DNA of 32,599 bases from a virus. Its lineage: Duplodnaviria; Caudoviricetes. Location: the IMG/VR virus record IMGVR_UViG_3300017912_001466, positions 1-32,599 of that record; one strand, given 5' to 3'. A program made the position numbers and the translations under genes. The notes under the pieces were generated by a model, which worked only from the letters and a program-made list of their open reading frames with translations, made no database searches and was not told where the DNA came from. Below are positions 8,258 to 15,864 of this stretch, in pieces (position 1 is the stretch's first letter; each line of letters opens with the position of its first letter).

Positions 8258-8454
8258 TGAGTGCGGTTGAGCAACGCGTGATCGGCAAAATCATGTGGCG
8301 TGCTCAGGAGGGCTGGAAGAAGTACGGCACCACCATGGAGCGTCAGGATCTTGACCTGATGCAGTGGATGTTGCACCTGCAAGAAGAGTTGTTGGACGGT
8401 GCTATCTATCTCCAGAGGATTATCGACGACACAATGCTGGTGGAAGAAGAATGA
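8257..8454 (+). CDS. Small all-alpha NTP pyrophosphatase-like (MazG-related) protein
   Basis: G.KKYGTT..R.DL...W..HLQEELLDGAIY with an EExxD metal-binding pattern. Confidence 0.6.
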   Translation: MSAVEQRVIGKIMWRAQEGWKKYGTTMERQDLDLMQWMLHLQEELLDGAIYLQRIIDDTMLVEEE

Positions 8455-9272
8455 AAATCAACCGACTACTATTGGAACACATGCTCGCTATCGTCTGCCG
8501 TGTGCAACACATCAATGCTAAGGCACAGCCGCAGGTCGAGTCCTGCATCATCGAGGCTGGTGACAACATGGCTCGCATCTACTACTTGGTGAAGGACGGC
8601 AAGACCAGTGTCGGACACGTGTCCGCTCCCTGCGAGACGACCGAGGCTGAGAGCATCCCCATCGTGGACATTGAGCGACTGCTTGGTATTCTCAAGTACC
8701 ACGGCAAGACGATCACCATCTTCCACGAAGAGGAATCTGGCAAGGTCCGCATCCGCTCCGGCAAGAAGCGCACCACGATGCTCGGAACCTTTGAGGCGAA
8801 GGCTTACGCCAACTCCCAATCCACCATCAGTGAGTGGAACGCCAAGGCACGCGACCTTACCGGTAGCATCACGGAAGAGAACACATATGTGACACAGAAG
8901 GGGCAGATCATCAACCCGGTGTATCGCTTCACTGTGAACTCCAACGAACTGTACGAGGCACTGCGCTGTGACGGCATCAACGGTCAGAAGTTGAATCTCT
9001 ACAACTTCATCAGCGACGACCACAATGTGCGTGTAAATGTCGGTGACTACCTCAAGGGCAAGACGAGTACGATCCTGTTCCAACACGAGGATGATGACGC
9101 GCCGAGGTTCGACGTGCACTTCAGTGGCGGTCTGGAGAACGTGCTCAAGCACTACAGCGAAGACGTGGACATCGCACTGTTTGACTTCAGTGAGTATGGT
9201 CAGGGCTACCGCATGGTGATGCGCTTCAGCAATCAGGACCTACTGTTTCAGGCGGGTGTGCCCGGTGTCTGA
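8451..9272 (+). CDS. Divergent PCNA-like sliding clamp
   Basis: 273 aa, two repeated alpha/beta halves (VDIERLLGILK; VNSNELYEAL; GLENVLK..SEDVDI); encoded with RFC and PolB. Confidence 0.6.
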   Translation: MKINRLLLEHMLAIVCRVQHINAKAQPQVESCIIEAGDNMARIYYLVKDGKTSVGHVSAPCETTEAESIPIVDIERLLGILKYHGKTITIFHEEESGKVRIRSGKKRTTMLGTFEAKAYANSQSTISEWNAKARDLTGSITEENTYVTQKGQIINPVYRFTVNSNELYEALRCDGINGQKLNLYNFISDDHNVRVNVGDYLKGKTSTILFQHEDDDAPRFDVHFSGGLENVLKHYSEDVDIALFDFSEYGQGYRMVMRFSNQDLLFQAGVPGV

Positions 9273-9543
9273 GCGCAACGTCAGTGAAGAACTGATGGAG
9301 TGGGTCCATCGGCCGGGACGAGGCATCATGACCCGTCGCTGTACGGCATACCTCTACGGCATGATGGACGACGATCAGTGGTACTCTGCCTTTGATCTCT
9401 TCCACAAGATGCCTGAGGATGGACCGTTCAGAACGATCTACCTCAGCCAACAGAAGGTTGTCGGCATGCTTAGGAAACTGCGTTCCATGGGATTGATTGA
9501 GAATCAGGTCCGTGGTAATCACCGATACTGGAGGAAACTTTGA
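9256..9543 (+). CDS. Winged-helix DNA-binding protein
   Basis: WYSAFDLF...SQQKVVGMLRKLRSMGLIE...RYWR wHTH pattern; start may be GTG 9265. Confidence 0.6.
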   Translation: MCPVSERNVSEELMEWVHRPGRGIMTRRCTAYLYGMMDDDQWYSAFDLFHKMPEDGPFRTIYLSQQKVVGMLRKLRSMGLIENQVRGNHRYWRKL

Positions 9544-9860
9544 TGATGTACGTATGCCCTAACTGCGATAGCCACAACGAGTACGACTTTCACCCGTACC
9601 AGACCAACCACCAGAAGCCATACCCTTGGAAGGTCAAGCATCTGTGTCCCACCTGCGGGATCACCAACGTCTTCAGTTTCTCCGTCTACACGGACGGGGG
9701 CAGGAAGTACAGGGATGCTGAGTGGCTCAAGGAGAAGTACCACACAGAGGGTCTGTCGATGAAAGCGATCTCTGAGATGTGCGATGTGTCCCCGATGACC
9801 ATCCATCACTGGCTCAACAGGCACGGGATCGAGACTCGTGCCCGTGGGCAACAACGCTGA
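9540..9860 (+). CDS. Zn-ribbon plus HTH protein
   Basis: CPNC...CPTC then YRDAEWLKEKY..EGLSMKAISEMCDVSPMTIHHWL.RHGIETR. Confidence 0.8.
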   Translation: MMMYVCPNCDSHNEYDFHPYQTNHQKPYPWKVKHLCPTCGITNVFSFSVYTDGGRKYRDAEWLKEKYHTEGLSMKAISEMCDVSPMTIHHWLNRHGIETRARGQQR

Positions 9861-9886
9861 TATACAGCCTACTCTGACTGCTCAGT

Positions 9887-12124
9887 ATGATTGTAACTGA
9901 GCGCAGTGGGCGCAAGATCAGTGTCAGGCGGCGTGACCCCGACACGCTGGAGCGTATCGAAGACACCCTTGAAGCATACCCCTACTTCTTCGTAGAGGCA
10001 GGGCAACATGTCCCCGGCGCAGTGCGCTATGAGGGCGACTACGAGGGTGTCTTCGGTACCGTCTTGCAGAAGGTGTTCTTCCGTACTGAGTACGAGCGTC
10101 GTGACGCTACACGTGGCTATCCCACGTGGGAGAAGACCGTACCCTTCGTCAATCAGGTCCTCAACGACCGCCTCCTTCGTGGCAACGAACCGTTCCCCAA
10201 CTACCGCCACCGCATCTGGTATCTTGATGGTGAGTGGAAGGCGGAGTCTGAGGAGATCACCATGCTCTCTGTGTGGGACAACTACACCGAGCGTATGTTC
10301 ACTTGGGTTCAGCACCCAGAGGTCGAACCGGGAATGGTCCGTAGTATGCCCTGCAAGGACCACCCAGAGGGTTTGACCGAGGTGACCTTCGATACCCCAG
10401 CCATGGCATTCAAGGACGAGAAATCGCTACTCCAGCACTTCGTTCAGCACATGGCCAAACACGATCCCGATATCATCACCGGCTGGTACGTTGTCGATGC
10501 TGACATCTCGACCATCAGTCACCGTATGCGCAGGCTCGGCCTTGATCCCAAGGCGATGAGTCCGTACCGTCAGCACACGTGGAAGTACAGTGTGACTGAC
10601 AAGAAGTGGACTCAGCCGATCCCCGGTCGTCTCTGCATCGACCTCATGGTTGCGTTCAAGAAGTTGTGGACAATCAAGAACGGGCAGTTGGCTGGTCAGA
10701 AGTTGGACGATGTGGCCGAGTTGGTGCTGGGCGAGCGCAAGGTCGAACTCAAGGATGGGCACGACACATACTACTCGGACATCGGGACATACACAGACTA
10801 CAACCGGCAAGACGTGCGCCTGCTCCCACGGCTCGACGAGGCGCTCAACGTCATCAACTACTACACCAGTCTGCAACACCTGATTCAATGCAACATGCAA
10901 ACCACACCGATGGTCACGGCGTGTGCCACCAGTCTGTTCATCCAAGATCCCGACTTCACTCGCCGGATCCCCGACCGACCACAGCACAGCAAGGTGGACT
11001 ACCAAGGCGCTGACGTGCAGGAGCCCGAGCCGGGCATCTACAACAACATGGCGATCATGGACATCAAGGCCATGTACCACAGCAACGTCAACTTGCACAA
11101 CATCTCGTGGGACACGCTCGATGCATCGGGCAAGGACTGCGGCAACGGCGTCTGCTTCTCACAGGACACGCGTGGTCTGCTTGGTCGCACCATGGACAAA
11201 CTCACCGTCCAGCGTAACGAGTACAAGCGCAAGATGCGGGAGGATCCTGACAACAGTGCCAAGTGGGACGCCATGCAGTTTGCTACCAAGTCGATGGTGG
11301 CATCCCTGTACGGTGTCTGTGGTGACAGCAAGTATGGCATGTACCACCCCGACATCGCTTCTGCTATCACGTTCACATCTCGCCAGACCCTGTTTCGTTT
11401 GCGGGACGAGTGCAATGACCGGGGCTACCCGGTTCGATACGGACACACAGACTCCATCTTCTGCGAAGTCCCCTCACCCGAGGAGGGCCTTCGTTTGCTC
11501 GCTGACATCAACAAGTCCATGGCTCCCATCGAGACTGAGTTTGAGAAGTGGTGCGAGTCGATGATCCTCAAGGCCAAGAACCGCTACGCCGGTAAGGTCG
11601 TGTGGACCGATGGCGAGTATCACGAACCTGATTACTACTACAAGGGTCTGGAACTCAAGCAAACACGCATGCCCAAGGCCATGAAGACGACCATGGATCA
11701 GGTGCTACGCAACATCCTCGATGGGACCAGCAAGGACGACACCGATGCCATGCTGACAGACCTGATCGAGCGTGGCAAGTCTGGTGAACTCGGCAACGAC
11801 CTACTACCCAAGGGCAAACTCAGTCAGCCCCTCCATGCCTACAAGTCAGTGGCAGGTGCGGCCGCAGGTGCGGCGTGGGCTTCCCGTGCTCTGGGACGTG
11901 AGTACCAGCCCGGTGAGTCGTTCCTGTACGCAATCGACATGCACGGTGACTTCATCGCCTTCGACAGCGTGGAGGACATCAGGGACATCGCTCACGTGGA
12001 CTGGCCCGAGATGACCATGCGCTTCATCGTCAAGAAGGCGACAGACCTGTACGATTTGGTTGGCTGGTCCCCACAAGAACTGGTCAATGCGCACCGTGGT
12101 CTCGGCCTACTGCAATGGTTATAG
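9887..12124 (+). CDS. polB: Family B DNA polymerase with 3'-5' exonuclease
   Basis: ExoI LDGE, ExoII DPDIITGW, ExoIII YNRQD, motif A DIKAMYHS, motif B K...ASLYG, motif C YGHTDS, KNRYAG, KGLE; ATATAC 21 nt upstream. Confidence 0.95.
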   Translation: MIVTERSGRKISVRRRDPDTLERIEDTLEAYPYFFVEAGQHVPGAVRYEGDYEGVFGTVLQKVFFRTEYERRDATRGYPTWEKTVPFVNQVLNDRLLRGNEPFPNYRHRIWYLDGEWKAESEEITMLSVWDNYTERMFTWVQHPEVEPGMVRSMPCKDHPEGLTEVTFDTPAMAFKDEKSLLQHFVQHMAKHDPDIITGWYVVDADISTISHRMRRLGLDPKAMSPYRQHTWKYSVTDKKWTQPIPGRLCIDLMVAFKKLWTIKNGQLAGQKLDDVAELVLGERKVELKDGHDTYYSDIGTYTDYNRQDVRLLPRLDEALNVINYYTSLQHLIQCNMQTTPMVTACATSLFIQDPDFTRRIPDRPQHSKVDYQGADVQEPEPGIYNNMAIMDIKAMYHSNVNLHNISWDTLDASGKDCGNGVCFSQDTRGLLGRTMDKLTVQRNEYKRKMREDPDNSAKWDAMQFATKSMVASLYGVCGDSKYGMYHPDIASAITFTSRQTLFRLRDECNDRGYPVRYGHTDSIFCEVPSPEEGLRLLADINKSMAPIETEFEKWCESMILKAKNRYAGKVVWTDGEYHEPDYYYKGLELKQTRMPKAMKTTMDQVLRNILDGTSKDDTDAMLTDLIERGKSGELGNDLLPKGKLSQPLHAYKSVAGAAAGAAWASRALGREYQPGESFLYAIDMHGDFIAFDSVEDIRDIAHVDWPEMTMRFIVKKATDLYDLVGWSPQELVNAHRGLGLLQWL

Positions 12125-12147
12125 GCAGGCGACGCAAGGTGTAAGGT

Positions 12148-12438
12148 ATGAGTCGAAACAGACCTAAGATGACACAAGCCCAACTGACGCAGGCCATCGG
12201 AGACATCCGATTTGGCATGACAAACATGGGCAACGCTATCAGCAATGACATGAATCAACTTGCCACGATTATCGAGGGTGTTCTGATCCACCTCGGGTTG
12301 ACAAAGGACATCAACTGCACACACTGCGGCTGGTCTACGATTGGGGTCGATCTTGTGACCGTGGAGGATCCCGACACCTGCCCTCAGTGCGGAAAGGATC
12401 TGCTGGGTCAGACCACACTCCCTCTTGAAGAGGAGTGA
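12148..12438 (+). CDS. Coiled-coil plus Zn-ribbon protein
   Basis: CTHCG...CPQCG; C-terminal QTTL; TTATAG 23 nt upstream. Confidence 0.7.
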   Translation: MSRNRPKMTQAQLTQAIGDIRFGMTNMGNAISNDMNQLATIIEGVLIHLGLTKDINCTHCGWSTIGVDLVTVEDPDTCPQCGKDLLGQTTLPLEEE

Positions 12439-12486
12439 AGTATTAAGTGTCAAGCCGAGCCTGCAACATCACATAGGTGATTCACC

Positions 12487-12888
12487 ATGGCACGTAACAA
12501 CACTGTTTCCGCAACCTTCAACATGGCGGCTGGCGATGGAGCAACCGGCTTCACCGAGAGCATGAGCGCGGCCTTCACCTCTGGTGATTCGGTTCTGGTT
12601 CAAGGCACTGTCGGTACCGCAGAGCGGTTTTTCGCCGCTGAAGACTACGGTATGGCACAGTTCGACGGCATCTATGTTGAGAACCGAGATACTACGAGCC
12701 ACCTTGAGGTGGATCTGTTCACCACTCAAGACAACACGACCACTCTTTTCGCAACGGGCAAGCACCTTGAGGTTGCTCCCGGTGGTTGCTTCTTGATTCG
12801 CTTCGATGCGGCTATGGATGCAATTCTTTGTGTCGGTCTTCTCGGAGAGGCCGCTGATGTTGAGTTCGTTCTGTGTCTTGCGGAGTGA
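12487..12888 (+). CDS. Beta-rich acidic protein, possibly virion decoration
   Basis: Own TATTAAG box (12441) and GGTGA RBS; GIYVEN...LEVAPGG beta-sandwich-like pattern. Confidence 0.55.
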   Translation: MARNNTVSATFNMAAGDGATGFTESMSAAFTSGDSVLVQGTVGTAERFFAAEDYGMAQFDGIYVENRDTTSHLEVDLFTTQDNTTTLFATGKHLEVAPGGCFLIRFDAAMDAILCVGLLGEAADVEFVLCLAE

Positions 12889-12893
12889 GACTT

Positions 12894-13124
12894 ATGGCTC
12901 GTCAAAATCTTGAGCGGCTCCAGTGGATGTGCGAACAAGCCGGTAAGGTCTCTCCTTCTGAATGGCCTGAAGGTCTGATCGGTGTCGGTCCTGACATGCG
13001 GAGATTCGTTAAAGCGCAAGAAGATGCTCCTGCGCCTGCTCCTAAGAAGACTCGATCACCCAAGAAGAAGGCTGATAAGCAGGCTACAACAAAGGTTGAG
13101 TCTGATGAGTCTACACAAGAATAG
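12894..13124 (+). CDS. Small protein with Pro/Lys-rich tail
   Basis: RBS GGAGTGA; APAPAPKKTRSPKKKADK. Confidence 0.6.
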   Translation: MARQNLERLQWMCEQAGKVSPSEWPEGLIGVGPDMRRFVKAQEDAPAPAPKKTRSPKKKADKQATTKVESDESTQE

Positions 13125-13986
13125 TACCTATAACCCTGCTGAGGCTTTGGCCAAAGGCATTCCCCTACGGGTATCGAAGTCGTCTTTCATCGGCTACGAT
13201 GGCTGTCCCCGCCGCTACTGGTGGGAGAAGGTTGCTGGTCTCAGAGGACCACCCACAGAGCACATGGTCCACGGCACACAGGCGCACGAGACCTTGGAGA
13301 ATCTATACAACTCTGTGATGGAAGCGAAGGAAGTACCAGACATTGAGGGGATCCGTCCTCTGATGACGGGGTACGATCACGAGGCCGTAGACAATCTTGC
13401 ATCCATCGAAGGCGAACGCCTACGACGCTGGGGACCAGAACACTTCATCCCTGTCGAGGCTGAGGTCAAGCACGAGGTCAAGCATCCTCTCTACAACGCC
13501 GTGCTCGTCGGTGCAATCGACGGCGTACTGCGACATCCCGATGGCGGGCTGATCGTGGCCGAGTTGAAGACCGGCAAGGTATCGAAGTTCAAGCACAACA
13601 AGACACGGCGTGAACTATGCTACTACCGATTCATGCTGGAGTTGCTGGGCTACGGCTCTGCGATCTACTTTTACTACATGTACCCCGAGTGCGACAACAT
13701 GTCGCTGTATCAGGAGTTGGAGAGTAAGCGCAACAACGAGGTCTGGTTGGGAGACTTTGGTGGCATGGCTGTGCTGGAGAAGGTCAACAAACGCTCGGTC
13801 ACTGCGATGCACAAGAAACTCAACGCCACCATCGAGGGGCTGTTTGCCCAAGAGTGGCCCATGAAGTGGAACGATTACTTCTGCTCCAACTACTGCGACT
13901 ACCACATGGCTTGTGAGAGTGAGCAGTTGGGTCTTGATCCTGACCCAACACAATCATATACCGGCGACACGGAGGGTTGGGCATGA
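13105..13986 (+). CDS. Cas4/AddB-like PD-(D/E)XK exonuclease with Fe-S cysteines
   Basis: SKSS...CPRRY, GT..H, GAIDG...ELKTG, C-terminal FCSNYCDYHMAC. Confidence 0.85.
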   Translation: MSLHKNSTYNPAEALAKGIPLRVSKSSFIGYDGCPRRYWWEKVAGLRGPPTEHMVHGTQAHETLENLYNSVMEAKEVPDIEGIRPLMTGYDHEAVDNLASIEGERLRRWGPEHFIPVEAEVKHEVKHPLYNAVLVGAIDGVLRHPDGGLIVAELKTGKVSKFKHNKTRRELCYYRFMLELLGYGSAIYFYYMYPECDNMSLYQELESKRNNEVWLGDFGGMAVLEKVNKRSVTAMHKKLNATIEGLFAQEWPMKWNDYFCSNYCDYHMACESEQLGLDPDPTQSYTGDTEGWA

Positions 13987-14138
13987 ACTGTCCTAAGTGC
14001 CATAGCCATGACGTTGCCATCGAGGTGTACTACAACCTCCTCGGGCAAGAAGGTAAAGAACCGGAGCAACTCGACGTTGCCATCTGCAAGACCTGTCATC
14101 ACCGGTGGGACTTCCGTGACACCAACTCTACCTCGTGA
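13983..14138 (+). CDS. TFIIS/TFS-like Zn-ribbon protein (51 aa)
   Basis: MNCPKCHSHDVAIEVYYNLLGQEGKEPEQLDVAICKTCHHRW; ATGA overlap with the nuclease; RBS GGAGG; below the ORF-track cutoff. Confidence 0.65.
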   Translation: MNCPKCHSHDVAIEVYYNLLGQEGKEPEQLDVAICKTCHHRWDFRDTNSTS

Positions 14139-15111
14139 GATTGGTCTCAAGCGGGCGATGTGTGACAAGGCCAACGCTTACATCAAGTACGTCAAGGTCC
14201 TTGGCTCTCGCTCATCTTGCTACACCAGCCTGTACTCTTTCGAGAGGATTGTTGACGGCAAGCCTGACTACGGCACTGCCATCCTCGACCGTGCGTGGTG
14301 GGACTTCGATGCCGGTGACCGTGGTGGTATTGAGCAGGTCAAGCGTGACGTGGCTACACTCATCAATCGCCTGAGTGGTGACATCCGTGTCGTCGCTACG
14401 GGCAGGGGTTTCCACATCCACCAGTTGTTCTCTGAGCCAGTCATCGGACAGGGCTGGCGCATCCCGCTTGAGCACTACCAGCGCCGCAAGGCCCGTGGTC
14501 TCGCCACGCTCGACGGTGTAGGTTTCCCCGAGAAACTCACTCGCATCCCCGACACCTACAACCCCAAGCGGGGACGATGGTGTGTGGTGATCGACGGTCG
14601 GGCCTTTGCTGAGGATCCCGACAACTACCACATCCCAGAGACACCCAAAGGTTCCCATGGACTACACCCCTTTGCGCCGGTCGAACACGGGTTCGACTTC
14701 AAGTCGTGGACCAACGGCTACGAGCCAGAGCAGGAGGACTACACACCCACCGATGTCGTGCTCGACGCCGAGGTCATGGACACACCAGTCCCTCTGATGC
14801 CCTGCTTAGAGAACGCTATCTCAGTGCGCAAGCCCAACCACCACGTGCGTGTCGCACTGGTACAGCACATGGCAGACATGCTACGAGAGCACGCTGACCC
14901 GAGGGACTTGAGCCCAGATCAGCGCAGGCTGATCGAGGACACGATCTACGAGTTCATCAAGCGGCAGGGCTGGTCCAACTTCAACCCCAGCCTGAGTCGT
15001 AAGGGTATTCGCACCAATCTCAACTACCGGAACACACCGACATGCGCTTGGTTCGCTAACCGTGGGATGTGTCCGGGCAAGTGCTGGCGACATGACGGAA
15101 CCACCCCTTGA
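14116..15111 (+). CDS. Archaeo-eukaryotic primase, PriS catalytic domain fused to PriL-type Fe-S C-terminal domain
   Basis: WWDFD, TGRGFH, RIPDTYN; C-terminal MPCL..NHHVR..PTC......GMCPGKC; GTG 14116 follows GGTGG. Confidence 0.85.
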   Translation: MTPTLPREIGLKRAMCDKANAYIKYVKVLGSRSSCYTSLYSFERIVDGKPDYGTAILDRAWWDFDAGDRGGIEQVKRDVATLINRLSGDIRVVATGRGFHIHQLFSEPVIGQGWRIPLEHYQRRKARGLATLDGVGFPEKLTRIPDTYNPKRGRWCVVIDGRAFAEDPDNYHIPETPKGSHGLHPFAPVEHGFDFKSWTNGYEPEQEDYTPTDVVLDAEVMDTPVPLMPCLENAISVRKPNHHVRVALVQHMADMLREHADPRDLSPDQRRLIEDTIYEFIKRQGWSNFNPSLSRKGIRTNLNYRNTPTCAWFANRGMCPGKCWRHDGTTP

Positions 15112-15138
15112 TATAACGCAGGTGCTTACAGATGTCTG

Positions 15139-15864
15139 ATGCTTGTCATTGATGATCGTGAGAACGACATCCTGAAACATAAAATCCTCGCTCGGATGGG
15201 GGAACTGTCAAAGGTCAAGCGCCTTGCATCCGCAGACTACATCATCGGTGAAGTCGGAATCGAAGCCAAGGAAATCAACGACCTGTACCACAGTGTGCTG
15301 GGGCACGGCCGCAAGCGGACGATTGTCGGACAACTCATGGATCTTGAGCGCAATTTCGAGAGGCCGATGCTTGTCGTCTACGGTAGTCAACTGAAACCGT
15401 TCATCCCCGGCAACCGCAGACCCAACCGCCAAGACTTGGCGCGTGAAATCAGCAAGATGCAACGCATCAATAGGAAGTTCAAAATGGATTTTCCAATTAG
15501 GTTTCCCAAAATTCAATTCATGCAATTGGACACCATGGATGACTTTGTGGAGTTCCTTGTCAACATGCACCAGCAGATGCGCATCCGCCCCGGAACGACG
15601 GTGGCAGAGCCAGAGGAATCCAGCCGAATCAAGAGCAGGAGTGGCGTAGATCCCCGTGTTGCGGCGCTGTCCAGTATCGAAGGTATAACAGACAGAGTTG
15701 CTCACGATCTGCTCACTCACTTCGGCTCCTTGCCCCGCATCCTACGGGCTCGCACAAGTCAGCGTGCACTGATGGAAGTCGGTGGCATCGGCCGTGTCAA
15801 AGCCAAGCGTATCTTGACGCTGAGGGACAGATACCCGGATCAGCCCGACCGTCAGGCCGAGTAG
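15139..15864 (+). CDS. ERCC4/XPF (Hef-like) structure-specific nuclease with HhH motifs
   Basis: VIDDRE, ADYII, IEAKEINDL..S, LSSIEGI, LMEVGGIGRVKA; ATATAA 22 nt upstream. Confidence 0.9.
   Translation: MLVIDDRENDILKHKILARMGELSKVKRLASADYIIGEVGIEAKEINDLYHSVLGHGRKRTIVGQLMDLERNFERPMLVVYGSQLKPFIPGNRRPNRQDLAREISKMQRINRKFKMDFPIRFPKIQFMQLDTMDDFVEFLVNMHQQMRIRPGTTVAEPEESSRIKSRSGVDPRVAALSSIEGITDRVAHDLLTHFGSLPRILRARTSQRALMEVGGIGRVKAKRILTLRDRYPDQPDRQAE

Noticed and set aside
7317-8259. Repeated GGTGGGACTGATG and shared WD C-termini of the SSB and ATPase
   Set aside because: Explained by an RBS plus TGATG stop-start coupling, not necessarily a protein motif
11852-11875. Tandem GCAGGTGCGGC repeat in polB
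   Set aside because: Simply encodes AGAAAGAA
9887-12124. Inactive polymerase or intein-containing polB
   Set aside because: Catalytic Asp, Lys and Tyr residues are retained, length is compact, and no intein motifs are seen
13105-13986. Cas4-like gene as part of a CRISPR-Cas system
   Set aside because: No repeat-spacer array or other cas genes in the window; solo Cas4-like nucleases are common in archaeal viruses
14010-14084. 12-bp direct repeat GACGTTGCCATC
   Set aside because: Encodes DVAI twice in the small Zn-ribbon ORF; only two copies, no array or target-site context
12982-14115. Longer N-termini given by the ORF track for the nuclease (12982) and primase (14008)
   Set aside because: They overlap better-supported small genes; downstream starts at 13105 and 14116 fit domain boundaries
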